This document shows positions 9,208-18,693 of a DNA stretch of 42,327 nt, piece after piece. Positions within the stretch are counted from its first letter, which is position 1. Every line of letters begins with the position of its first letter. The notes under the pieces are model-generated. The model was not told the origin of the DNA, made no database searches, and saw only the letters and a program-made list of their open reading frames with translations. Made by a program: the position numbers and the translations under genes. Origin of the DNA: Candidatus Pacebacteria bacterium CG_4_10_14_0_8_um_filter_42_14 (lineage in GTDB: Bacteria > Patescibacteriota > Microgenomatia > UBA1400 > PJMF01); assembly GCA_002784625.1 (NCBI GenBank), contig PFLP01000053.1, forward strand, positions 1 through 42,327, written 5' to 3'.

Positions 9208-11178
9208 ATGGAAAATTCGGAATCTGCCAACCAACCATTTACAGCTTTAGACGTGACTCAAGAGGAGTCTCCAGTCGTAATTGATCAACCCAAGAAAAAG
9301 TGGTGGTTTCGCCTAAAAGTCTGGCAAAGAATTTTACTTATTACGAGCGCCCTGCTAGTCATCTTGATTGCCATCGGTGGAGTTCTCGCCTTCCGCTCAT
9401 ATCAAGTAGTCACGCAGATCCAGGTTCAGGCTAGCGAAGCCGAAGTAATTGGCAGAAATGTTTATGCCAGCTTCAAGGCTCAAGATTTACCACCAGTGCA
9501 AAACAATCTCGTGCTTCTTGATGAGAAACTGAATCAAATTGATGGCACATTCTCCCAACTTTCGTTTTATAGGTTTATTCCAATTGCTCGTCAGTATTAC
9601 TTTGATGGTCAACACGGACTTGTCGCCGCTCATTCTGGTTTACAAGTTGCTCAGAAATCAGTTGACGCTTTGGTTCCTTACGCCGATGTACTTGGTTTTG
9701 CTGGCGAAGGTTCATTTGAAGGTGGTACAGCAGAAGATCGACTTAAAATACTCTTAGAGACTCTCGATAAAATCGCCCCAATTCTCGACGATATTTCTGC
9801 AGATTTGCAAACAGCTCAAGCTGAGATTAAGCAGATCGACCCCGCGCGTTACCCAGAAAGCTTCCAGGGGAAACCAGTTAGACAGTATATAGAACAACTT
9901 CACGCCGCTAGTAATGGGGCAGTCACCGCTTTGACTGAGTATCGTCCAGTGTTAGAAGAGCTCCCAGCCATTGCCGGCGGACGAGGCGAAAGACGCAAGT
10001 ACTTAGTTTTATTTCAAAATGATGCCGAACTCAGACCAACGGGTGGTTTCTTAACTGCTTTCGCCGTCATTAATGTCGAAAATGGCAAAGTTGAAGCCGA
10101 GAAGTCAGACGACATTTATGAGTTAGATAAGAAAATTCGTACAGGCCTTCCAATCCCAGCCGAAATGGCCAAGTATCTCACCACCGAAAAAACTTGGAAT
10201 CTACGCGATATGAACATCTCTCCAGATTTTAAAGTCTCAATGGATCAGTTCTTTAAGTTTTACGAAAAAGTTCCTGGAGAGCCTGATAATATTGATGGCA
10301 TTATTGCCGTTGATACTAAAGTTTTGACTGATTTATTGACGGTTTTGGGTCCCGTCGAGGTCCCGGGATATGGCACATTTTCGAGCGAGATTGATCCTCG
10401 TTGCGACTGTCCAGAAATCATCTATATTCTCTCGGAAATTATTACTCGACCGACCCCATACTTACGCGAGGACCGCAAGGGAGTTCTCGGTCCCTTAATG
10501 AGATCGGTGTTAACTAAGTCGTACACAGCGCCAAAATCACAGTGGCCAGCTCTATTCTCTTCAGCCTTTGAAAACATAAATGGTCGACACATTCAGTTTT
10601 ATTTCTTTGATGAAAAATCTCAAAATGTAGCCGAGACAATTAACGCAGCGGGTAGAATCAAGCCGGTAGAAAATAGCGATTTTCTTGGCATAGTCAATGC
10701 TAATTTAGGTGGAGCAAAATCTAACTTGTTCATTAGTTACGAGGTTAACCAAGTCGTCTCCGCGCCAATTGATGGCTTTATCGAAAAGACTGTTGAGATT
10801 ACCTATAAAAATTCTCGAAAAAGTGACAACTGCAATCTTGAGGTCGGACTACTTTGTCTCAACTCTACTCTCCGAGATTGGACTCGTATTTACATTCCTG
10901 CGGGAAGCGAGCTGATTTCTAGTCAGGGTTTTGTTAGCGATCCGGAGATGAAGGAAGATCTGGGTTTCTCAGTTATTCAGGGTTACTTTACTCTTGAGCC
11001 ATTAGGGAGTGCTAAGCTAGCTCTCACCTACAAGGTTCCATATACTGATTCAGAAACATATAGACTAGACATCTGGAAACAGGGTGGGATTGACGAAATT
11101 CCAATGCTCATAGATGTAACCGGTGGTCAAGAGCAGCTCAACGTTATCAAAGATGTTACCTACGGTACTGAGTTTTAA
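9208..11178 (+). CDS. DUF4012-like membrane-anchored extracellular protein
   Basis: Single N-terminal TM, helical stalk, YLVLFQNDAELRPTGGF, RDMN.SPDF, DGIIAVD motifs characteristic of DUF4012 proteins. Confidence 0.8.
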   Translation: MENSESANQPFTALDVTQEESPVVIDQPKKKWWFRLKVWQRILLITSALLVILIAIGGVLAFRSYQVVTQIQVQASEAEVIGRNVYASFKAQDLPPVQNNLVLLDEKLNQIDGTFSQLSFYRFIPIARQYYFDGQHGLVAAHSGLQVAQKSVDALVPYADVLGFAGEGSFEGGTAEDRLKILLETLDKIAPILDDISADLQTAQAEIKQIDPARYPESFQGKPVRQYIEQLHAASNGAVTALTEYRPVLEELPAIAGGRGERRKYLVLFQNDAELRPTGGFLTAFAVINVENGKVEAEKSDDIYELDKKIRTGLPIPAEMAKYLTTEKTWNLRDMNISPDFKVSMDQFFKFYEKVPGEPDNIDGIIAVDTKVLTDLLTVLGPVEVPGYGTFSSEIDPRCDCPEIIYILSEIITRPTPYLREDRKGVLGPLMRSVLTKSYTAPKSQWPALFSSAFENINGRHIQFYFFDEKSQNVAETINAAGRIKPVENSDFLGIVNANLGGAKSNLFISYEVNQVVSAPIDGFIEKTVEITYKNSRKSDNCNLEVGLLCLNSTLRDWTRIYIPAGSELISSQGFVSDPEMKEDLGFSVIQGYFTLEPLGSAKLALTYKVPYTDSETYRLDIWKQGGIDEIPMLIDVTGGQEQLNVIKDVTYGTEF

Positions 11179-11196
11179 CTTGACGACCCCACTCGT

Positions 11197-11739
11197 ATGA
11201 ATACACGCACTTACACCATTGCCGGGATTGTGCTCAAGAGAAGCAATGTTGGCGAGTCCGATCGCGTTGTCACGATTTTGAGTAAGGAGGAGGGCAGGCA
11301 GGTCTACGTCGCCAAGGGCGTTAGGAGAACAAACTCGAGTAGTGGTAGTTATTTCGAACCTGGAAATAGGATTACTGCTCACTGTGTGAGGACGAAAAGT
11401 CTGCCAATTCTTACTCAATCAAAGCTAATTGCTAGCGGACATGAAAGTAAGTCTCGAAGCTTGGCTGACATCCGCCGCATCTCACAGCTTTTAGAAATAT
11501 TTGATGGAGTCTTTGTGGCTGAGGAACTTGAGACGCCGGTGTTTAACCAAATTGAGTTACTTCATAGTCAAGCCTTGATGGGCACAACGCCAATCGACGA
11601 GCTCCGTCGAAACGTACGGTTTTTGATTCAACTCATGGGTTTTGACATCTCCCAGGATCCGAAAAAATCTCTTGCTGAAGAACTATCTACAATTCTAGAA
11701 AAGCCGCTCAGGAGCTTTGACTTTTTAGTTGTGAAATGA
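11197..11739 (+). CDS. recO: DNA repair protein RecO (short form, no C-terminal zinc finger)
   Basis: GIVLKR..VGESDRVVTILS...G....AKGVR OB-fold signature; 180 aa; adjacent to glycyl-tRNA synthetase. Confidence 0.85.
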   Translation: MNTRTYTIAGIVLKRSNVGESDRVVTILSKEEGRQVYVAKGVRRTNSSSGSYFEPGNRITAHCVRTKSLPILTQSKLIASGHESKSRSLADIRRISQLLEIFDGVFVAEELETPVFNQIELLHSQALMGTTPIDELRRNVRFLIQLMGFDISQDPKKSLAEELSTILEKPLRSFDFLVVK

Positions 11740-11748
11740 CAGCTCTCT

Positions 11749-11757
11749 TGATACCAT
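11749..11757 (+). promoter_or_regulatory. Extended -10 TGATACCAT, 6 nt before glyQS ATG
   Basis: TGn+TACCAT, spacer ACCTAG, no SD. Confidence 0.55.
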
Positions 11758-11763
11758 ACCTAG

Positions 11764-13170
11764 ATGACAACACAACCCACGCTTGAAGTTCTAAATAGTC
11801 TCTGCAAGAGGCGTGGTTTTGTTTTCCAAACTTCAAATATTTATGGCGGACTTGCCAACTCTTATGATTATGGTCCGTTAGGAGTAGAGCTCTTAAGAAA
11901 TATCAAAGCCAGCTGGTGGAAAACTTTTATAGAAAAACGCCCAGATATGGTTGGGCTTGATTCGCAGATTCTCTTGCATCCAGAGACCTGGGTGGCATCT
12001 GGACATACGACTTCATTCAACGACCCGCTTGTTGAAGATGCCGTTACTGGGAAACGATATAGAGCTGACCACTTGATCGAAGCTTGGCAGCAAAAACATG
12101 ATCGCCCCGATCACGAACTTGCTGAAAACATGAGTGTGGAAGAGATGGGTAAGTATATTACTGAGAATAAAGTCCTTAGTCCTGATGGAAATGCGGTTGC
12201 AGCCCCCAGGGTTTTCAACCTTCTCTTTGAGACAGCGATCGGAGCGGTGACAGGGGAGAAATCCAAAGTCTACTTGCGCGGAGAGACAGCTCAGGGAATC
12301 TTCACAAACTTTAAGAATATTCTAGATTCATCTAGAGTGCGCTTGCCATTCGGAGTTGGCCAGATTGGGAAAAGCTTTCGCAATGAAGTCACTACTGGGC
12401 AATTTGTCTTTAGAACCTTAGAGTTCGAACAGGCAGAAATTGAGTACTTTTTTGATCCCGAAAAAACTGACTGGAAAGAACTTCTATCTGCGTGGAAAGA
12501 GGATCTCTGGAGTTTTGTTACTAATCAATTGGGAATTTCAGAAGAGAATCTGCGTTGGCGACAACATAGCGACAGCGAGCGAAGCTTTTATAGTGAAGAT
12601 ACTTATGATCTCGACTATAACTTTTCTTTTGGTTGGAAAGAATTATGGGGATTAGCATACAGAACTGACTACGATCTGAAACAACACACCAAGCACTCGG
12701 GCCATGAGCACACGGTCACAGACATTGAGTCTGGAAAAACATTCGTCCCACACGTCATCGAGCCAGCTGTTGGAGTTAATCGCATGTTTCTCATGGTGCT
12801 AACCGACCATTTTTGGGAGGATACCGAACGCAAACGCACTGTTCTAAAATTGCCATTCTCTTTAGCTCCTTACAAGGTCGCCGTCTTTCCTTTAGTTAGA
12901 AATAAACCAGAACTAGTAGAAAAAGCGCGAAAGCTCTATGTCGATCTCTGCGAAAAATTCCCCACCACTTGGGACGATCGCTCTAACATTGGTAAAAGAT
13001 ATCTGTATCAAGATGAAATTGGGACGCCATTCTGCATCACTGTTGATTACGACTCTCTTGAAGATGACACCGTCACAATTAGAGATAGAGATACGGCCGA
13101 ACAAATCAGAATTCCCCAGGCAAAGATTAGTGAGTATATTGCAGCGGCTGCCAGCCGCATGATAAGGTAG
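11764..13170 (+). CDS. glyQS: Glycine--tRNA ligase, homodimeric (eukaryotic-like) type
   Basis: CKRRGF, YDYGPLG, LRGETAQGIF, GKSFRNE, FRTLEFEQAE, VIEPAVG, DEIGTPFC. Confidence 0.96.
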   Translation: MTTQPTLEVLNSLCKRRGFVFQTSNIYGGLANSYDYGPLGVELLRNIKASWWKTFIEKRPDMVGLDSQILLHPETWVASGHTTSFNDPLVEDAVTGKRYRADHLIEAWQQKHDRPDHELAENMSVEEMGKYITENKVLSPDGNAVAAPRVFNLLFETAIGAVTGEKSKVYLRGETAQGIFTNFKNILDSSRVRLPFGVGQIGKSFRNEVTTGQFVFRTLEFEQAEIEYFFDPEKTDWKELLSAWKEDLWSFVTNQLGISEENLRWRQHSDSERSFYSEDTYDLDYNFSFGWKELWGLAYRTDYDLKQHTKHSGHEHTVTDIESGKTFVPHVIEPAVGVNRMFLMVLTDHFWEDTERKRTVLKLPFSLAPYKVAVFPLVRNKPELVEKARKLYVDLCEKFPTTWDDRSNIGKRYLYQDEIGTPFCITVDYDSLEDDTVTIRDRDTAEQIRIPQAKISEYIAAAASRMIR

Positions 13171-13176
13171 ATCCCT

Positions 13177-13971
13177 ATGAAAAGAAACGCGATTATTGCT
13201 GGATTTGTAGTGGTTTTGCTTGGAGCCTTAGTTGGTTTTTATGTAATTCGAAAAAATGGCACCAAAGAGCCAGTGGCCGAAGAGTCCTCTAAAAAGAGAA
13301 TTGTTGAGCCAACTAATGTCATTTCTCAGGAGGAGCGTCCTTATTTAGCAATCGTTCCGGAAGCTGATGGGCGAAGAATTACTATTAAAGTCAGCTCAAT
13401 CAGAAAACCAGCCACTGAGACTGAGTATACAGTTGAGTACCAGACGGGAACCTTAGTACAAGGCTTCCAGGGCTTGCTAAAGCTCGACTCTATACCCGCA
13501 AGCGAGACCAGTCTCATGGGTAGCTGTAGTGCTGGCGGGGCTTGTACCTATCACACTGACATCAAGGGTGGCGACTTAACAACGCGTTTTATTGGTCCTG
13601 AAAACTACAGTCTAAAAACTGAGTGGAAGTATTTTGAAAATAAAGCCCGTGAGAGTGAGTTTTCATCTAGCGATGGCAAATTCCAAATTACTTTGAAGGC
13701 GCTTTCATCGATAAAGTATCTAATTATCGGCCAATCATCTGGTGTTCCCGAAGGCTACGATGGCGTCATCGCTTCAGAACCATACTTTCTTGAAGCCAGT
13801 TCTTCTTTAAAGGGTGAGGCTGAACTTTCCATACGGTCTTCACAAGAGGGAGAATTGACCATCATCGGCTGGACTGGAGATACCTGGAAAGTATTCGATA
13901 CAACTCAAGACGGCAAGATGGCTTCAGCTACAGTTGATCTTTTGCCACTCTACGTCGTCATTACAAAGTAA
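13177..13971 (+). CDS. Hypothetical membrane-anchored/secreted beta-rich protein
   Basis: N-terminal basic+hydrophobic anchor; GSCSAGGACTY Cys pair; no recognisable catalytic motif. Confidence 0.7.
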   Translation: MKRNAIIAGFVVVLLGALVGFYVIRKNGTKEPVAEESSKKRIVEPTNVISQEERPYLAIVPEADGRRITIKVSSIRKPATETEYTVEYQTGTLVQGFQGLLKLDSIPASETSLMGSCSAGGACTYHTDIKGGDLTTRFIGPENYSLKTEWKYFENKARESEFSSSDGKFQITLKALSSIKYLIIGQSSGVPEGYDGVIASEPYFLEASSSLKGEAELSIRSSQEGELTIIGWTGDTWKVFDTTQDGKMASATVDLLPLYVVITK

Positions 13972-14034
13972 CCCTTTTCGCAATTAACTAACCTTTTTCG
14001 CTGAGCACTTCTAGTGTTTCGCCTTTTCTGTGTA

Positions 14035-14063
14035 TTTACAGTGAGTCGTTACCTTGTCATACT
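14035..14063 (+). promoter_or_regulatory. Sigma70-type promoter of mraZ/dcw: -35 TTTACA, 17-nt spacer, extended -10 TGTCATACT
   Basis: TTTACA 14035-14040 and CATACT 14058-14063 at 17-nt spacing in the 132-nt intergenic region. Confidence 0.6.
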
Positions 14064-14103
14064 TTCATTCGAAAGGTGAAGATAGGTAAATAATCTTATA
14101 TAA

Positions 14104-14532
14104 ATGTTTATAGGCAAATATTACCACACGCTCGAATCGCAAGGTCGGGTTTCTTTGCCAAAAAAAATACGAGAGCAAGCAGATACCTGGGTAATTACTC
14201 GAGGACTTGATGGCGGGCTCTTCTTATATCCACAATCCAGCTACGAATCAGAAATATCCAAGCTTGAATTCGCTTCTGTAACCAAGAAAACTAACCGCGA
14301 TTTAGTGAGATTGTTCAGCAACGAAGCAGTCGAAGTTTCTCCAGATAAACAAGGCAGAATTGCCTTGCCAGAGTATCTCATAGCATTTGCTAGTTTGACT
14401 AAAGATGTGGTTGTTGTGGGTAGTATCTCAAAGGTTGAAATCTGGGATATGAAACGGTACCACACCTATGCTGGCGGGCTTGAAACTCAAGCAGAAGAAA
14501 TTGCGGAAAAATATGACACTCAACAAAACTAA
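14104..14532 (+). CDS. mraZ: Transcriptional regulator MraZ
   Basis: MFIG.Y.H.LESQGR, TRGLDG.L.LYP, DKQGRI.LP, VEIWD; first gene of dcw cluster. Confidence 0.95.
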   Translation: MFIGKYYHTLESQGRVSLPKKIREQADTWVITRGLDGGLFLYPQSSYESEISKLEFASVTKKTNRDLVRLFSNEAVEVSPDKQGRIALPEYLIAFASLTKDVVVVGSISKVEIWDMKRYHTYAGGLETQAEEIAEKYDTQQN

Positions 14533-15412
14533 GCAGCACGTTTCCGTGTTCCTCAACGAATTGGTGAGTCTACTGACAGTTGAAAAAGACGGCTGGTACA
14601 TCGATGCCACACTTGGATCTGGCGGCCACACGAAGGAGATATTAAATCAGGGTGGAAGGGTGGTAGCTTTTGATTGGGACTTCGAGGCAATAGCGAGGGC
14701 TGAGAAACAATTTGCCTCAGAGATTTCAGATAAAAAATTGGTTTTGGCTCATGAACCTTTTTCTCGTTTGAAGGAGGTAATTGAATCACTACGAAGCCAA
14801 GGTGTTCCAAGTGTTGTTCAAGGTGTGATATTTGATTTTGGAACTAGTACGGAGCAACTTATGTCTGAGGAGCGTGGCTTTAGCTTCCGCGGCGACGGTG
14901 TTCTAGATATGCGCATGGACGTGAGGCTTGCAGTTATGGCCAAGGATATTATCGCAGCGGTGCCAGTCAAACAACTAGCTCAGCTATTTAGGGATTTCGG
15001 CGGAGAAATTGAGGCTGAGCGCATTGCCAAAGTAATCAAGTCCTCACCAGTGCCGATAGAGACAACTAAACAGTTGGCAGATCTAGTTATCTCCACCAAG
15101 CATAAAAAAGCCAGAGCTTTGCATCCAGCGACGAAAGTTTTCCAAGCTTTAAGAATTGCCGTAAATAGTGAGTTGACCGAGATTCAGTTGGCCTTGCCGC
15201 AAGCTTTAACATTGCTTTCCTCTGGAAGCAAGCTTTTATGTGCTTCATTTCACGAGGGTGAGGACCGTCTGGCTAAGCATTATTTTCAGATTTGGGAAGA
15301 GCAGGGCAAGGGAACTAGACTACACAAAAAACCAGTCATGCCAAGTGAAGAAGAAGTTGATCTAAACCCAAGGGCACGGAGTGCCAAGTTGAGAGGCTTT
15401 ATTAAGAAATGA
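14513..15412 (+). CDS. rsmH: 16S rRNA m4C1402 methyltransferase RsmH
   Basis: DATLGSGGH, RGFSF, LDMRMD, FQALRIAVN, NPRARSAKLR; start set to ATG 14513. Confidence 0.95.
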   Translation: MTLNKTKQHVSVFLNELVSLLTVEKDGWYIDATLGSGGHTKEILNQGGRVVAFDWDFEAIARAEKQFASEISDKKLVLAHEPFSRLKEVIESLRSQGVPSVVQGVIFDFGTSTEQLMSEERGFSFRGDGVLDMRMDVRLAVMAKDIIAAVPVKQLAQLFRDFGGEIEAERIAKVIKSSPVPIETTKQLADLVISTKHKKARALHPATKVFQALRIAVNSELTEIQLALPQALTLLSSGSKLLCASFHEGEDRLAKHYFQIWEEQGKGTRLHKKPVMPSEEEVDLNPRARSAKLRGFIKK

Positions 15413-15705
15413 AAAAAAGAACCGCTTTTATTTTCTATTTAGTCATGTTCGCGGCCGTTTTCAGCCAAGCTACCTCGGTGGTGATCGCTGAGAGTTATTG
15501 GGTTCGTCAGAACGCAAAAATGAATCAGGTGCACGCCGAAAAAGAGAGTCTCCTGGCCCATCGCAAGCGGCTCGAGGGGGAATTAGCAACCATTGTTTCA
15601 CTTAATGAGCTTCAAAACTCCTCTCTGACGGTAAACTATGTAGCTATCTCAAATCCAATCATCGTGTCATCAGACACCCTGGTTGCAGGTCTATCAATTC
15701 AGTAA
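15409..15705 (+). CDS. ftsL: Probable FtsL-like bitopic division protein
   Basis: 98 aa, N-terminal TM followed by coiled-coil-like segment, located between rsmH and ftsI; assignment mainly by synteny. Confidence 0.6.
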   Translation: MKKRTAFIFYLVMFAAVFSQATSVVIAESYWVRQNAKMNQVHAEKESLLAHRKRLEGELATIVSLNELQNSSLTVNYVAISNPIIVSSDTLVAGLSIQ

Positions 15706-15729
15706 GACCGTTAGTACACTAAGGGCTTC

Positions 15730-17469
15730 ATGAGAGAACGAAGAAATTCCGAAAGTGATTGGCGAGGAAGGCTAGTTATCCTTGGCATATTCTCGGCTCT
15801 GTTTATTGTTGGCTGTAGATTATTTTATTGGCAAGTTATTGCCTCCCCCAGTCTCAAGTCATTAGCCAGTCGACAGTACGAACAGGTTCTAAGCAAGACT
15901 GGCAGCAGAGGGAGTTTGTATTTTTCTGATGGCAGTCTCTTGGTTGGCAATGAGCGCGTTTACCGCTTGTTTGCTGAGCCACAGCTTTTGCCAGATGATC
16001 GGAGTGATGTAGCCAAAAAACTAGCGCAGATTGTGTTGAACTCAGACCCTGAGTTTGAGACTGCCTCTCCCTCAGCTCAGGAAGAACGTCTCTCATTAGT
16101 AAGTCAAACCTTTGAACAAAAATTGAATGACGATAAGCAATGGGTGGGACTCAAAGAAAAAATTTCTGAACAAACTCGCCAAGCCATTGAACAACTGAAA
16201 TTACCTGGAATAGGTTTTGATACCTACGAACAGCGTCTGTATCCAGAAGCATCTGCTGCAGCTCACATCACTGGCTTTGTTGGCAAAACAGATGAAGGAG
16301 AACCAATAGGATATTTTGGCATTGAGGGAGCACTTGAGCAAGAGTTGCGACCCAGAATTGCTCGTGATCTTATCGGTCGGGATGCGCTTGGAGCCAAGAT
16401 TTTTACCCAGGCGACACAGCAGCAAGTACTTGACGGTAGAGACATTACTACCACGCTGAGAAGAGATCTCCAACTCATGGTAGAAAGAGAGCTTCTCAAG
16501 GGTGTAGAAAAATATGGAGCAAAAGCGGGTGAGGCCATCGTCGTCGATCCAAAAACAGGGAAAATTAGAGCTTTGGCAGCAGTGCCGAGTTTTTATCAAC
16601 CTAAGTTTATAGATTTCGATTCAGAAGTATATCGTAATCCTACTTTGGGATCTTTATACGAGCCTGGGTCAACCTTTAAAATCTTGACCGTGGCCGCAGG
16701 CTTAGATGCTGGTGCCATTGATCCTGAAACCCAGTGTGATGTTTGTGATGGGCCAAGACGCTTTGGTACCTACACAATTAGAACCTGGAATGATGTTTAC
16801 CATCCAAATACGACGATGAGGGATGGACTAGCTGCTTCTGACAATACGGCGATGATGTTTATTGTTGATAAACTAGGTGCAGAAAATTTTGAAGACTATC
16901 TTCATAAGTTCGGCATTGGCGACGCCTTAAATATTGACCTGCAGGGGGACACAGACACAATCTTTCCAAAAGACTGGCGACCAGTGGAGCTGGCGACTCG
17001 TTCTTTTGGTCAGGGAATTAGTATCTCTAGTTTGCAACTCGTTCGTGCTGTTTCCGCCATCGCCAACGGTGGAGAGATGCCTGCGCTGAGTATTATTGAG
17101 TCTGCTTACGATCCAGCAACAAATACCACTCACGTTACTAATCCAGGAGAAAATCGGAGAGTAATATCTCCAGAAACAGCTAGAACTTTAACTGAAATGT
17201 TAGTTTATGCAGCCCAACATGGAGAAGCACAATGGGTTTTCAAAGATACCTATCCGATAGCGGGCAAGACGGGAACGTCACAAGTTGCCTCTAGTGGAGG
17301 CTATGAGGAAGATGCCACTATAGCCAGCTTTATTGGATTTGCACCACCGGAAAATCCTGATTTTTTACTTTTTATAAAGCTCACTGAGCCCACGACATCA
17401 CCTTGGGCAGCGGAGACGGCGGCTCCCCTTTGGCATACTATTGCTGAGCAAATAGCGGTAAGCTGGTAA
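15730..17469 (+). CDS. ftsI: Class B penicillin-binding protein (FtsI/PBP3-like transpeptidase)
   Basis: N-terminal TM, RG/R.YP/G..GIE pedestal motifs, intact SxxK (GSTFK), SxN (SDN), KTG (KTGT). Confidence 0.92.
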   Translation: MRERRNSESDWRGRLVILGIFSALFIVGCRLFYWQVIASPSLKSLASRQYEQVLSKTGSRGSLYFSDGSLLVGNERVYRLFAEPQLLPDDRSDVAKKLAQIVLNSDPEFETASPSAQEERLSLVSQTFEQKLNDDKQWVGLKEKISEQTRQAIEQLKLPGIGFDTYEQRLYPEASAAAHITGFVGKTDEGEPIGYFGIEGALEQELRPRIARDLIGRDALGAKIFTQATQQQVLDGRDITTTLRRDLQLMVERELLKGVEKYGAKAGEAIVVDPKTGKIRALAAVPSFYQPKFIDFDSEVYRNPTLGSLYEPGSTFKILTVAAGLDAGAIDPETQCDVCDGPRRFGTYTIRTWNDVYHPNTTMRDGLAASDNTAMMFIVDKLGAENFEDYLHKFGIGDALNIDLQGDTDTIFPKDWRPVELATRSFGQGISISSLQLVRAVSAIANGGEMPALSIIESAYDPATNTTHVTNPGENRRVISPETARTLTEMLVYAAQHGEAQWVFKDTYPIAGKTGTSQVASSGGYEEDATIASFIGFAPPENPDFLLFIKLTEPTTSPWAAETAAPLWHTIAEQIAVSW

Positions 17470-17472
17470 AAT
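17464..17472 (+). promoter_or_regulatory. Extended -10 TGGTAAAAT overlapping the ftsI stop, 6 nt before murE ATG
   Basis: TGn+TAAAAT, spacer ACATCT, ATG 17479. Confidence 0.6.
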
Positions 17473-17478
17473 ACATCT

Positions 17479-18693
17479 ATGTTTCATATTGTTCTTTATC
17501 GATTTAAGCGTGTTTTTCACTTCTTTAAGACCGGTTTATTCCAAGCTTTTCCAGCTCAGATTAAACATCATTTCCCCGAGAAAAAAATTAAGATTATTGC
17601 TATTACTGGTACGGATGGAAAAACCACTTCGGCCATGTTGTTACACCATGTGTTGAATCAGACTGGTCTAAAAGTAGGTTTAATTAGTACTGTCGGCACA
17701 TATGTTGGCTCAAAGTTACAGCCCATTGGTTTTCACATCACCGCTCCACAACCAAAAGATCTTTATTCTTACTTGGCTAAAATGGTGGCTTCAGGTTGTG
17801 AATATGTGGTGTTGGAGACGACTTCGCATGGGTTGTATCAGTATAGAAACTGGGGAATAAAACCTGCTATTGCTGGTTTGACTAATGTCGCTAGCGAGCA
17901 CCTTGATTATCATCGAACTAAAGAGCTTTATTTAGAGGCTAAGTTATTGTTGTTTAGACGGGCGAAGGTTTCGGTTCTCAATGCTGACGACGAGTCGTTT
18001 CAAATTATTAACAAGTCAATTCCAAAGAATAAAATTCGCTCTTACTCAAAAAATGATTCCTTGCCAGCCATTGTTACTTCAGCAATTATGAAAAAATTGC
18101 CCGAATCTTATAATCAGCAAAATGCTCGCCTGGTTTTTAAAATTTGCAAAGAGCTTGGAGTGTCTGCAACCAATTTTGCTAGAGCCCTGCCATCTTTTGC
18201 AGGCGTGCCTGGAAGAGTTCAGTGGCTCAAGACGAAGAAACCTTTTTCAGTTGTGATCGATTTTGCTCACACCCCTCAAGGCTTAGGTGCGGTTCTCACG
18301 GCTCTAAGAAAGATCCTGAAGAACAATAAGCAGGGAAGATTGATCGCTGTTTTTGGCTGCGCTGGTTTAAGAGACAGGCAAAAGCGACCAATCATGGGGA
18401 AAATTGCCACCGAGCTAGCAGACTTGGCAATATTCACTGCAGAGGATCCAAGAACTGAGGATGTTTGGTCTATCATTCGCCAAATGAAAGAAAATTTAGA
18501 TTCAGGTCACGATAAAATTATTTCAATAGCTGATCGAGGCGAGGCAATCAGATTTGCCCTAAAGAAAATTGCCCAACCAGGAGACAATGTCGCCATTCTC
18601 GGAAAAGGTCATGAACAAAGTATGTGTTATGGAACGACGGAAGTTCCGTGGAGCGATGTTGAGTTCGCCACAGAAATTTTAAATGAAAAATAA
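17479..18693 (+). CDS. murE: MurE-type Mur ligase lacking the N-terminal domain
   Basis: ITGTDGKTT, ETTSHG, EHLDYH, DFAHTP, FGCAG.RD..KR..MG, EDPR, GKGHE. Confidence 0.9.
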   Translation: MFHIVLYRFKRVFHFFKTGLFQAFPAQIKHHFPEKKIKIIAITGTDGKTTSAMLLHHVLNQTGLKVGLISTVGTYVGSKLQPIGFHITAPQPKDLYSYLAKMVASGCEYVVLETTSHGLYQYRNWGIKPAIAGLTNVASEHLDYHRTKELYLEAKLLLFRRAKVSVLNADDESFQIINKSIPKNKIRSYSKNDSLPAIVTSAIMKKLPESYNQQNARLVFKICKELGVSATNFARALPSFAGVPGRVQWLKTKKPFSVVIDFAHTPQGLGAVLTALRKILKNNKQGRLIAVFGCAGLRDRQKRPIMGKIATELADLAIFTAEDPRTEDVWSIIRQMKENLDSGHDKIISIADRGEAIRFALKKIAQPGDNVAILGKGHEQSMCYGTTEVPWSDVEFATEILNEK

